Positions 6,798 through 14,537 are shown, numbered from the stretch's first letter. The stretch: 39,196 nucleotides of DNA from an uncultured Opitutia bacterium (GCA_937874455.1 CALNBE010000236.1:1-39196); one strand, 5' to 3'. Notes: generated by a model from the letters alone, not told the origin. Translations and numbers: made by a program.

Positions 6798-8372
6798 TCA
6801 TTGCCTTCGGGAACTCGATGCTTGGTCGGGCCAGGTGATCAGCCAGGCGATCTTGATCCGCCGGCCAAGCCAGCGCATGACGGCCACGGCCATTGAGTTC
6901 CCGAGCGCCCGGTAGCGGGGGCTGTCCGGGCAGGCGTCTGGTTCTGCGCCCCTCCACGCGATCCGGGTGTGGCCGTCAGGGAAGCCCTGGAGCCGCTCGC
7001 ATTCGGTCGGAGTCAGCCTGCGGACGGCGTAGTCCATGGCGACTGTGGTGCTGCTGTTGCTGATCTCGCCCGGGGGGCTGGTGGTCAGGGCGCAGGCCAC
7101 TTCCGCCGGGGTGGCCGTGGACTTGGTGCCGTCGGCGCCGTGCAGGGTGTAGGCCACGAGGGCGCCGCGGTCGGATCCGCTCTGCTTCCCGTGGCTGGCC
7201 GGGCTGGTCGGTCCTGCCATCACGGTCGGGCTCACGTCCTCGACGTAAGCCACTGCCGGCATGGTGGCGACGCAGTGCGTCTTCACGGTCTCGAGTGCGC
7301 CCGTGATGTCCCCGAAGACCTGCGGGGCCCGGTCGTAGCCGCGCCCGTCGTCTCCCCGGGCGCGGCCGCTGAATGCGATGGCGCTGGGGTTTTTGGCGCC
7401 GAGGCTGGGGAGGCCTTCTTCCGCGACGGCTTGGGTGCCGGAGAGGTTGGCGGGGAAGGGGATGATGGTGCAGGTCTCCCAATCGTTCCGCTGGCCTTCT
7501 CCTTTCGTGATGCAGCCCGCGACTTCGGGGATGAGACCTCCGCTTGTTGCGAAAGTGTTTGCCCCGCTACGTCCGGCTCTACAGTCGAGGGTTGGCGCCC
7601 TTTCGGGGAGGATGTTGGCGTCGGGGCCTCGGTCGGAGTAGGGCCGGCGGGTGATGGGCTCTGCGATGCCACGGCCTCCAGTGCCTTCCGGAGCGGCTCC
7701 GGCAGGGCTTTGCCCCGGTTCTCTGCCCGGCGCAGAATCCCGGCGCATGCCTTCCCACTCAAATAAAACCTTGGTGGGATCGGGCCCGTTTCGAGGACTC
7801 GCGAAAGCAAACACACGCTCGCGTCGTTGGGCCAGGCCGAAATATTGGGCATCGAGGACCCGCCACGCGATTGTCCTTTTGGGTCCAAACACAGCACCAC
7901 AGTCTGTCCATCCGTCCCCTGGCGGTTGCAGCGGAACGTCTGCTCCGGCCAGCCCTGCCAGAAAATGTCCGTAGGGGTTGTCGTTGTGGTTGAGGACTCC
8001 GGGGACGTTTTCCCAGAGGCAAAGAGCGGGAGGTCGTCCAAAAAGGCTTCGGGCATGATCGATTCGTTCTAGCAGGTGGATAAAAATGAGGGTGAGGTTC
8101 CCGCGCTCGTCTTCGAGTCCGCCCCGCAGGCCGGCCTGGCTGAATGACTGGCAGGGGGTTCCGCCGACGAGCAGGTCGACCTGGGCGAGCAGGTCCAGCG
8201 GCCAGTCCCGGTATTTGGTCAGGTCGCCCAGGTTGGGAACGCGGGGGTGGTGGTGCCGGAGGACCTCAATGGGGAACTTCTCAATCTCGGCGAAGGCGAC
8301 CGGGGTCATGCCCAGGTCCCGCCATGCTGTGGACGCGGCCTCGATGCCCGAGCAGACACTAAGGAACTTCAT
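6798..8372 (-). CDS. DNA (cytosine-5) methyltransferase with very long variable region
   Basis: 524 aa. Motifs present: I (FLSVCSGIEA), IV (GGTPCQSFSQAG), VI (ENVPGVL), VIII (QRRERVF), IX (RRLTPTECERLQGFP), X (ALGNSMAV). About 255 aa separate motifs VIII and IX. Confidence 0.9.
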   Translation of the reverse strand: MKFLSVCSGIEAASTAWRDLGMTPVAFAEIEKFPIEVLRHHHPRVPNLGDLTKYRDWPLDLLAQVDLLVGGTPCQSFSQAGLRGGLEDERGNLTLIFIHLLERIDHARSLFGRPPALCLWENVPGVLNHNDNPYGHFLAGLAGADVPLQPPGDGWTDCGAVFGPKRTIAWRVLDAQYFGLAQRRERVFAFASPRNGPDPTKVLFEWEGMRRDSAPGREPGQSPAGAAPEGTGGRGIAEPITRRPYSDRGPDANILPERAPTLDCRAGRSGANTFATSGGLIPEVAGCITKGEGQRNDWETCTIIPFPANLSGTQAVAEEGLPSLGAKNPSAIAFSGRARGDDGRGYDRAPQVFGDITGALETVKTHCVATMPAVAYVEDVSPTVMAGPTSPASHGKQSGSDRGALVAYTLHGADGTKSTATPAEVACALTTSPPGEISNSSTTVAMDYAVRRLTPTECERLQGFPDGHTRIAWRGAEPDACPDSPRYRALGNSMAVAVMRWLGRRIKIAWLITWPDQASSSRRQ

Positions 8373-8422
8373 GGGTCAGGATGGTGGCGGTAAGGGTGAG
8401 GATCAGGGTCGTTCTCATGGGC

Positions 8423-8647
8423 TTAGGCTACGTGGAATCCGGCCAGGGCAAAGGCGGTTGCCAGGTTCATGGTGGTGTGGTGCTCAGGCCGGCCAAAGAT
8501 CCGGCGGGCCTCAGGGGCTTGGATCGTGCCTTCGTCGTCGGCGGCGTCCCAGATCTTCCGGGCCTTGGCTATCTGCTTACGGCCCGTGGCTTTGACTGTG
8601 CATTCCTGGCCGGCGCTATCGCCGAATTCAAAAGTTTGGGAGCTCAT
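8423..8647 (-). CDS. hypothetical small protein (cargo of repeat cassette E1)
   Basis: 74-aa track ORF with ATG at 8647, preceded by the conserved cassette and the GAACCC leader. Confidence 0.5.
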   Translation of the reverse strand: MSSQTFEFGDSAGQECTVKATGRKQIAKARKIWDAADDEGTIQAPEARRIFGRPEHHTTMNLATAFALAGFHVA

Positions 8648-8727
8648 GGTGGTGTCGGGTTCGGGTTCGTGCTGACACTATGCCACACTCAGTCAGGATA
8701 GCTAGTAGTTTTTTTAAATCTATGCAC
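8648..8727 (-). promoter_or_regulatory. conserved intergenic cassette E1 (A-tract box, TGGCATAGTGTCAGCA box, GAACCC leader)
   Basis: Coding strand reads TAAGTGCATAGATTTAAAAAAA-N24-TGGCATAGTGTCAGCACGAACCCGAACCCGACACCACC-ATG. It fills the whole gap between two genes. Confidence 0.6.
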
Positions 8728-9069
8728 TTATTTCATGGCGGCCAGGATAGCCGTGGTCACGGCGGCGGTGGCTTCATCCTCGGTCATGGCCGGGGTGATC
8801 CCGAACCGGGTCGCTGCCGCGGGGCTGGCCGTGCAGGCGTATTGGACGCACATGGCGATTGCCTGGACGTTCTCGCTCTCCAGCAGCTTGGTCCGCAGGC
8901 CGCGCAGGGCCTCGACCAGCCGGAGGGCCTCGGCCATGGCCGCGATCTCCTCTTCCTTCTGGACCTCGTTCATCCGGCAGGCTGGCTTCTTGTAGAAGCT
9001 TTTGCGCATGTTGAGTTCCCGGGCGAGGCAGCCCACGACCTTCGCAAGTTGGGGGCGTTCCTCAGGCAT
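8728..9069 (-). CDS. hypothetical protein
   Basis: 113-aa track ORF. Its start overlaps the upstream stop by 8 nt. Confidence 0.5.
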   Translation of the reverse strand: MPEERPQLAKVVGCLARELNMRKSFYKKPACRMNEVQKEEEIAAMAEALRLVEALRGLRTKLLESENVQAIAMCVQYACTASPAAATRFGITPAMTEDEATAAVTTAILAAMK

Positions 9070-9487
9070 GGTATCCTTTCCCCAGGCAGGCTGGGCATTG
9101 AATGGTCGGGCTGTCGACGTCGAGGCTGGCCTGTTCCCCGGTTCCTTGGCAGTCCGGGCAGCCGGTGATCGGCGGATGGAGCGTGCCCTGCCGGGCGCTG
9201 TATTTCAGGTAGGCCTCAACCTTGTATTTCTTCCGCTCCGCGGCAGTCCAGTCGATCCAGCCCATGGCCGGGAAGACTCCTTCAGCTGCCAGCATGCTGG
9301 CCACAGCGATCAGGTCTGTGATCTCGGCAAGTAGCCGTTCCCGGTTGGTTGGGCCATCGCCGGGCGGGCCGGTGGGGTCCAGTGTCTTCCGGTCGTCCAG
9401 CCCGAACCGGAGGCACTTGGTCGCGGCCTGGGCGACCTCGGCTCCCTCCTCGGCGAGTATTGTCAGTAGGTGTTCGGTGCGGTTCAT
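9062..9487 (-). CDS. MazG-like nucleotide pyrophosphohydrolase fused to a DnaJ-type zinc finger
   Basis: 141 aa. N-terminal LAEEGAEVAQAATKCLRFG is EExxE-type MazG-like. The C-terminus has CPDCQGTG...CPACLGKG, two CxxCxGxG units. Confidence 0.55.
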   Translation of the reverse strand: MNRTEHLLTILAEEGAEVAQAATKCLRFGLDDRKTLDPTGPPGDGPTNRERLLAEITDLIAVASMLAAEGVFPAMGWIDWTAAERKKYKVEAYLKYSARQGTLHPPITGCPDCQGTGEQASLDVDSPTIQCPACLGKGYHA

Positions 9488-9888
9488 GCGGTGGGGCTGG
9501 TTTTGCGGAGGGGAACCATGCGCAGGGCGTGGAACTCGTCGGCGGTGATCATGGGCCGGCCGGCCCGTTGGCAGGCCTGAACCAGGGCGCCTTGGCTCTC
9601 CTCGTAGGCCTTGTCGCTTATCTGGCGCTGGCGGGCTTCCTCTTTGACCTGCGTCTCAAGCTCGCACATGGGTTTCTGGCGCAAGGTGATCGGCGGGGTC
9701 TGGATGGTCGGCAGCGTGGGGTTCTTGAGCTCGTCCATGCGGTCCCGGTCGGGCTTTTTGGTGACCGGTGCCTGGAGCAGGCAAAGCGCCCGGTGGGGCA
9801 TGTCGAGGCTCAGCCGGCCGCTGGCGGGCTCGGGCCGGGAGGCGATGGTGGACAGGAACGGGCTGTGGGTGTTGCGGAATGGATCCAT
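9484..9888 (-). CDS. hypothetical protein
   Basis: Internal ATG (MDPFRNTHSP...) of the 362-aa track ORF 9484..10572. Its stop forms an ATGA overlap with the next gene. The longer ORF overlaps the GNAT and DUF4326 genes out of frame. Confidence 0.4.
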   Translation of the reverse strand: MDPFRNTHSPFLSTIASRPEPASGRLSLDMPHRALCLLQAPVTKKPDRDRMDELKNPTLPTIQTPPITLRQKPMCELETQVKEEARQRQISDKAYEESQGALVQACQRAGRPMITADEFHALRMVPLRKTSPTA

Positions 9889-9890
9889 GG

Positions 9891-10301
9891 TCAGGGGCGT
9901 TTCAGGTTGATGGCATAGCAGCGGTCGCCGTCGGCGAACTCGGCGGCAAGGCTGAAGCCGCGGGGCTCGTAGAACTTCCGGCCGAGGTGGTGGTTCATGG
10001 GGTTGAGGCTCAGGTTCAGTGCCTCGCAGCCGTCGCGCCGGGCTGCGCCTTTGCAGGCTTGGACAAGCTGGCTGCCGATACCCCGGTATCGGAACTTCTC
10101 GGCGACGAACAGCTGACGCATGCTGGCCACCGGCGGCACGGTGGAAACCCCGACCCGTCCGATGACCTCGGGGTAGATGGCGCTCCGGTTGGGGAAGCGC
10201 AGGGCGTGGAACTGGGTTTCCCGGATCCCGTCGACCTCGACGATGATTTCGGAAATGTAGATCTCGTCGTCGGCGGGTTTTACTGTTGGGTCTGCTTCCA
10301 T
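9891..10301 (-). CDS. GNAT-family N-acetyltransferase
   Basis: 136 aa. Motif A is VAEKFRYRGIGSQLV, followed by the ...RKFYEPRGF tail typical of GNAT. Confidence 0.75.
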   Translation of the reverse strand: MEADPTVKPADDEIYISEIIVEVDGIRETQFHALRFPNRSAIYPEVIGRVGVSTVPPVASMRQLFVAEKFRYRGIGSQLVQACKGAARRDGCEALNLSLNPMNHHLGRKFYEPRGFSLAAEFADGDRCYAINLKRP

Positions 10302-11077
10302 GCTTCGATTTTGGTTTTGGCGGTTGGTATGTCGGTTTCGAGGTATTCGGCGATCTCTCTCCAGCTGTCTCCCCGGGCGGCCATCTGGAGCGCGGACTTC
10401 CGCTCGGCGGCTTCCAAGTCCACACCCTTGGCCATGACCTCCGCCCGGGTCGGGTCCTTGATGGCTCCGGCCGGAATGTGCCTGGCGGCCAGTTCCTCAT
10501 CGGTCGCCCGCCGGGGTCCGGCCTGGCAGCCGCAGTGCCTCCAGATCCGGACCTTGTCGCTCCGGAGCTCAAGCTCCTTTCCGCAGTCGCACCGGCAAAG
10601 CCAGACGGTGTTCTTCGCGTCGCGGTGGCTGAACCGGATCACGGTGATCATGCCCAGCCGGTGGCCGGTCAGGTCGGTGAATTGGGCTTGCTGGTTGGAG
10701 TGCTTTCCGGTCTCTCCGGTCACGCGGTAGGCTGTGGGCATGGGTGGGTCTGGTTGTAGTTTGGCGAGGTCCAGCAGGACGTCGCGATGGCAGGGCTGGC
10801 CGTAGTTGCACCAGCATGCCAAATTCTTGCCGCGCAGGGGAGCGATGTATTCCTCGAGGCGGTCGGCGGGCCATGCCTGCAGGGCGGCGCGGAAACGGTC
10901 CACGCTGGCCTGTGCGGTGGCCTCCTGGTATGGGTTTCCCCAGGCGGTGGTCCGGTCCACCTTGATGGCCGGCAGACCGTTGGCGGCGTGGCTTGTGACC
11001 TGCAGGTTGAATCCCGCGGTCCGGCGCAGTTGGATTCCCCGGGGTTCTCCCCCGGGGATGCGAATGGCTTTGGGCAT
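10280..11077 (-). CDS. DUF4326-like domain protein with Cys-rich middle and C-terminal sigma70-region-4/LuxR-like HTH
   Basis: 265 aa. WGNPY...LRGKNLACWC..GQPCHRDVLL is DUF4326-like. WLCRCDCG...CGC forms a Cys cluster. RGDSWREIAEYLETDIPTAKTKI is HTH-like. Confidence 0.6.
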   Translation of the reverse strand: MPKAIRIPGGEPRGIQLRRTAGFNLQVTSHAANGLPAIKVDRTTAWGNPYQEATAQASVDRFRAALQAWPADRLEEYIAPLRGKNLACWCNYGQPCHRDVLLDLAKLQPDPPMPTAYRVTGETGKHSNQQAQFTDLTGHRLGMITVIRFSHRDAKNTVWLCRCDCGKELELRSDKVRIWRHCGCQAGPRRATDEELAARHIPAGAIKDPTRAEVMAKGVDLEAAERKSALQMAARGDSWREIAEYLETDIPTAKTKIEAWKQTQQ

Positions 11078-11178
11078 CAGAGCGGGCTCAGGTAGTAGGC
11101 CTTCAGGACCTGGTTCAAGCTCAGGATGGCGGCGGCGGTCAGGGCCAGGTAAAGCAGGCTGGTCAGGGCGCGTTTCAT
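11077..11178 (-). CDS. 33-aa hydrophobic peptide (possible membrane protein)
   Basis: My own translation gives MKRALTSLLYLALTAAAILSLNQVLKAYYLSPL. It has a GAACCC-type leader upstream and its stop overlaps the next ATG. It is too short for the ORF track. Confidence 0.35.
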   Translation of the reverse strand: MKRALTSLLYLALTAAAILSLNQVLKAYYLSPL

Positions 11179-11206
11179 GGTGGTATTGGGTTCGGATTCG
11201 TGGGGC

Positions 11207-11407
11207 TTAGGCTTGGGTGGCCAAGTTGGCGTCGGCGAGTTTTTCGAATTTGTCTATCAGCTGGCGGCGGCGGCGGGTCAGGCCGGAGTTCCGTGTGTTG
11301 CCCCGGGCTTCCCGGGCGTCGATCACGTTTCCAAGGCTGGTGATGTGCCGGGCCAGTTCGACCATGTCAGGGGTCATTTCCGGGGCTGTGTTGTTGGCGG
11401 TGCTCAT
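11207..11407 (-). CDS. hypothetical small protein (cargo of repeat cassette E2)
   Basis: 66-aa track ORF preceded by the conserved cassette and leader. Confidence 0.5.
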   Translation of the reverse strand: MSTANNTAPEMTPDMVELARHITSLGNVIDAREARGNTRNSGLTRRRRQLIDKFEKLADANLATQA

Positions 11408-11489
11408 GTTCGGTGTCGGGTTCGGGTTCGTGTCAGGAGTATGCCATGGGCCGTGGTGTTATCCACTCCTTTTTTTAAATCCATGCACT
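11408..11489 (-). promoter_or_regulatory. conserved intergenic cassette E2
   Basis: TAAAGTGCATGGATTTAAAAAAAGGAGTGGATAAC...TGGCATACTCCTGACACGAACCCGAACCCGACACCGAAC-ATG, in the same register as E1 and E3. Confidence 0.6.
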
Positions 11490-12719
11490 TTATTTTCGCT
11501 GCCTCGGCGGGGCCGGCACGAACTGCCCATCGTTGTCCAGATCGGCGATTGTCAGTCCCTTGGTCTCTGGTGGCGGCTCCCCGCGGCTGACCTTTGCGTC
11601 CAGCTGCTTCAGGGTCAGTGGCCGGTTGTTCTGGTCGGTCAGGTCGGACAGGCTGAGCTCTCCCTTGCCCCGGTTCCACCGTGCTGCCCGGCCCGGGCCC
11701 AGCGTCTTGTCGATGAACGTGTCGTCTTTCTTCGCGAGCCACTCGTCCATGGTCAGGTCCTTGTTGACCTGCCCGTCCATGCTGGCGCGGCTGTTGATGG
11801 TCACGGCCTCGATCTGCTCCTTGCTCATGCCCTGGGCGGCCAGCTTCTTTTTCACGGTGTCCTCCAGCTTCTTGTTGTCGAGGCTCGGCAGCTTCCTGCC
11901 CATGAGCTCTTCCCAGGACTTCAGGACCGGCACGCGGGTGGACCTGCAGTTCCAGTGGGCCGTGGTGCCGGGGTATGCCTTGTTGTGGCCGACCGGCTTG
12001 TAGTCGGGGATCGTCCAGATCTTTCCGGACAGCCCTTGGCAAATCAGGGTGGTCCGGCCGTCCAGGGTGCTGACCCACTGGATGGCGTCGACCACGTCGT
12101 CGAGGTCCTCAATGGTCTTTTCCCGGGCGGCGTTGGCGGTGCTGAGCGCGCTGGTCCGGACAAGGCTGGTGGCCTCCCTCCGGCTCACTGCCATCACGCC
12201 GTCGGTGTATCCGGCCTGTGCTGTGCCGCGGACCCGGCGGACCAGCTGCTCGTTGGTTTCGCCCAGAAGCTGGCCTCGGGTCATTTCCCCGCGGAACCGC
12301 TGCTGAAGGGATTCGTCCTGGCCCTGCCACCATGTCCTGGCCGAGTGGCCCATGATGTTGGGGCCGGTGCTGATTGCGGTCAGCTGGTTGAGGCTCAGGC
12401 TGACTCCGAGCACGTCGGCCCCGATCACTTCGTTGATGAATCCGACGGTGGCCTTGGCTTCCACGGTGGCCAGGCCGGCCAGCTGCTTCCGGTGCTTTTT
12501 CTCGATCCCCTCGTAAGCCAGCCGGATGCTGGCGGTGCATTCCTCCAGCATCCGGAGGAACCGGGTCCGGGCGTTGAGGCTCCGGGCGTTGGCCACTTTC
12601 CCGACGAGGTCGGTTTCGAGGTCCAGCAGCGCCTGCAGGGCGATCTGCTGGTGGCCGGCTGCCACGCGCAGGATGTCGATGGTGTGGCCGGTGAAGGCGT
12701 CGGGTAGGCGGTCGTCCAT
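11490..12719 (-). CDS. head morphogenesis protein (SPP1 gp7 / Mu F-like minor capsid protein)
   Basis: 409 aa. WVSTLDGRTTLICQGLSGKIW...HWNCRSTRVP is the hallmark of the Phage_Mu_F family. Confidence 0.8.
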   Translation of the reverse strand: MDDRLPDAFTGHTIDILRVAAGHQQIALQALLDLETDLVGKVANARSLNARTRFLRMLEECTASIRLAYEGIEKKHRKQLAGLATVEAKATVGFINEVIGADVLGVSLSLNQLTAISTGPNIMGHSARTWWQGQDESLQQRFRGEMTRGQLLGETNEQLVRRVRGTAQAGYTDGVMAVSRREATSLVRTSALSTANAAREKTIEDLDDVVDAIQWVSTLDGRTTLICQGLSGKIWTIPDYKPVGHNKAYPGTTAHWNCRSTRVPVLKSWEELMGRKLPSLDNKKLEDTVKKKLAAQGMSKEQIEAVTINSRASMDGQVNKDLTMDEWLAKKDDTFIDKTLGPGRAARWNRGKGELSLSDLTDQNNRPLTLKQLDAKVSRGEPPPETKGLTIADLDNDGQFVPAPPRQRK

Positions 12720-12740
12720 GGCCTCCAGCTTGAACGAAGA

Positions 12741-12775
12741 ACGGCGGACCGCAACTCACGGCCCGCCGTCTTTTT
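12741..12775. terminator. GC hairpin whose T-run is on the plus strand
   Basis: ACGGCGG...CCGCCGT followed by CTTTTTCC on the plus strand. On the minus strand the trailing sequence is only TCTTCGTTC. Confidence 0.35.
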
Positions 12776-12818
12776 CCATCCGGTCGAACCCCCCCAGGGT
12801 TCATGTGGATGCTCCGTT

Positions 12819-13067
12819 CTACGCGGCCTTGGCCGTGGTGTCAACGCTCCAGGTGTTCTGAGGCACCGGGCAGGTCTCAAGGCCTGAAGTCATGACCTGT
12901 GCGGCGGTGGTGTATGCTTCCATCCGGCCCCAGGCTTCACACTCGCGCTGGGAATGTTCCCCGTGCTTGGCTTTGACGTTCTGCCAGTCGCGGCGGGCGT
13001 CCTGGGCGATACGGATCAGGATCTCCATGTTGAATTCGATCTTCTCGGCTCTGCGCTTCTGGTTCAT
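12819..13067 (-). CDS. hypothetical protein
   Basis: 82-aa track ORF with a stable hairpin upstream. Confidence 0.45.
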   Translation of the reverse strand: MNQKRRAEKIEFNMEILIRIAQDARRDWQNVKAKHGEHSQRECEAWGRMEAYTTAAQVMTSGLETCPVPQNTWSVDTTAKAA

Positions 13068-13092
13068 CGTGTTCGGGTGGTTGAATGTTCGG

Positions 13093-13143
13093 CCAGGGGC
13101 AGGGCTGGGAAGGGCCTCGTCCGGAGGTGGGCCCTGCCCCTGG
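13093..13143 (-). other. 13-bp perfect stem-loop between two small genes (no U-run)
   Basis: CCAGGGGCAGGGC...GCCCTGCCCCTGG. It shares the GGGGCAGGG stem sequence with the capsid terminator. Confidence 0.45.
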
Positions 13144-13176
13144 CTTGCTCGGCTTCCGGCACTCGCCGGGCCGAAA

Positions 13177-13434
13177 TTATGCGGCGGCGATGGTGGCTTC
13201 GATCACCGCGGTGGGGGTCTCGCTGGTGAAGGTCGCGCTCCAGATCAGGATCCCGTTTTTGGTGAAAGCCCGGATGGCCCAGGAGGGTTTGTCGGCTCCT
13301 TCAAATTCGGCGGTTACGCTGATCACCGTGCCGTCGGTTTTGGTCCATTCGATCTGCCGGCTTTCGGCGTTGTCGTATCGGCCAGTCTTGAATCCGTTGG
13401 CGAGGAGGCGGTCGAGGAAGGCTGTGGTTTTCAT
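13177..13434 (-). CDS. hypothetical small protein (cargo of repeat cassette E3)
   Basis: 85-aa track ORF preceded by the conserved cassette and leader. Confidence 0.5.
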   Translation of the reverse strand: MKTTAFLDRLLANGFKTGRYDNAESRQIEWTKTDGTVISVTAEFEGADKPSWAIRAFTKNGILIWSATFTSETPTAVIEATIAAA

Positions 13435-13516
13435 GGTCGGGTCGGGTTCGGGTTCGTGCTGACACTATGCCACGTCCTTCCTTGTTATCCACTCCTTTTT
13501 TTAAATCTATGCACTT
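13435..13516 (-). promoter_or_regulatory. conserved intergenic cassette E3
   Basis: TAAAAGTGCATAGATTTAAAAAAAGGAGTGGATAAC...TGGCATAGTGTCAGCACGAACCCGAACCCGACCCGACC-ATG. Confidence 0.6.
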
Positions 13517-14017
13517 TTATTCGTCCTCGGGCAGGCAGCCATCCGGGGCCGGCGGTTTCGGGCAGGCCGGCCGGCACGGGCCGGGGCCGGGTGTCTCCTC
13601 TCCGCACTCCGGGCAGATCGAAAGCTGCAGCTCTCCCCGAAGGTAGAGGATCAGGGCCTCCCGGTCATACCAGAAAATGACCGGGCTGCGCTGGTCGCAC
13701 ACGAAGTGCACGGGGCAGTTGAACTGGTCGGCCAGACCGGGCCGGAATCGTGGAACTGTCACGGCCACGACCTCCGGTAGGGCCGGGTCGAAGTGCTCGC
13801 GGAAATATCCGTCAGTGTGGAAGAACCACATGTCGTTCCGCTTCACGATCCAATCCCCGGGCTGGCAGGCGGCCTCGTTGGGGTAGGCAGGAAAGGACAG
13901 GTCTCCGGCCTGGTTGAGCTTCAGGCTGGGCATCAGGGCCCGGACCTGCTCGGCATTGCGGCCCGTCCATTGGATGGCCTCGACGGGCTGGGGTTTGGTT
14001 TTATGCGTCGGGGTCAT
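13517..14017 (-). CDS. hypothetical protein, Cys/Pro-rich C-terminus
   Basis: 166-aa track ORF. The N-terminal PVEAIQWTGRNAEQV resembles the N-terminus of 29610..30554. Confidence 0.5.
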   Translation of the reverse strand: MTPTHKTKPQPVEAIQWTGRNAEQVRALMPSLKLNQAGDLSFPAYPNEAACQPGDWIVKRNDMWFFHTDGYFREHFDPALPEVVAVTVPRFRPGLADQFNCPVHFVCDQRSPVIFWYDREALILYLRGELQLSICPECGEETPGPGPCRPACPKPPAPDGCLPEDE

Positions 14018-14031
14018 CGGCTTGGTCGGCC

Positions 14032-14505
14032 TCAGTCATCGTTCGGGTTGAGCGGGTCGGTGCCTTTGCCTCCTTCCAGCCGGACCAGCGTCCGGGCCTT
14101 CCAGAGCTCGATCAGCCCGAGGGCGGCCAGCCGGTCTCCCCAGAAGACGTGGGCGGTGCTGATCGTCTCGGTGCCCTCGCTGGTCACGGCGAAGATCACC
14201 CCGGCCCGGGTGTGCTCGGAAACGTCGCGGTAGATCTCGTTGAAGGCCTCCACGTCGGCTGCCGTCAGACCATGCCCACCCTTCCTGTCCTTGATGTTGA
14301 TCAGCCGGTGCAGGGCGACCTGCTGGATGGTCGTTCCCCAGTGGGTCCAGAACCATTGCGACCCGTTGTCTTCCCCGGGGTTCTCTGCTTCCACGATGAC
14401 CACCCCGGCGGTGGTCAGGCCGGCCAGGGCCTCCTTGGAAAAGCCGAGGAGGTCGTTCATGAATTTGGCGTGCTGGTCGTGCTGGTCTTGCTGGGTCTGG
14501 TTCAT
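14032..14505 (-). CDS. hypothetical protein
   Basis: 157-aa track ORF directly after the portal gene and palindrome copy 3. Confidence 0.5.
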   Translation of the reverse strand: MNQTQQDQHDQHAKFMNDLLGFSKEALAGLTTAGVVIVEAENPGEDNGSQWFWTHWGTTIQQVALHRLINIKDRKGGHGLTAADVEAFNEIYRDVSEHTRAGVIFAVTSEGTETISTAHVFWGDRLAALGLIELWKARTLVRLEGGKGTDPLNPNDD

Positions 14506-14537
14506 TTTCGGGTGGGTTTATCGGGGAAATGGGGTCC

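Noticed and set aside
6676-8056. Alternative minus-strand ORFs nested in the methyltransferase gene: 6676..6957, 6976..7482, 7283..8056 and 7759..8022.
   Set aside because: They are out-of-frame overlaps with a gene that carries all canonical C5-methyltransferase motifs. Their products are Arg/Pro-rich with no motifs.
8358-8417. A 19-codon hydrophobic upstream ORF (MRTTLILTLTATILTHEVP) overlapping the start of the C5-methyltransferase gene.
   Set aside because: It is too short to support from sequence alone and has no leader motif. It could be chance in a 50-nt gap.
11433-11450. A sigma-54-type reading of cassette E2 (TGGCATACTCCTGACA).
   Set aside because: The -12 position reads AC rather than GC, so E2 does not satisfy GG-N10-GC. 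This is kept as a caveat on the promoter-class hypothesis rather than counted as support.
8700-13510. TTTAAAAAAAG in the cassettes as a programmed -1 frameshift slippery site (A AAA AAG).
   Set aside because: The run lies downstream of the TAA stop of the preceding gene in all three cassettes, so ribosomes do not traverse it. No overlapping downstream frame is extended.
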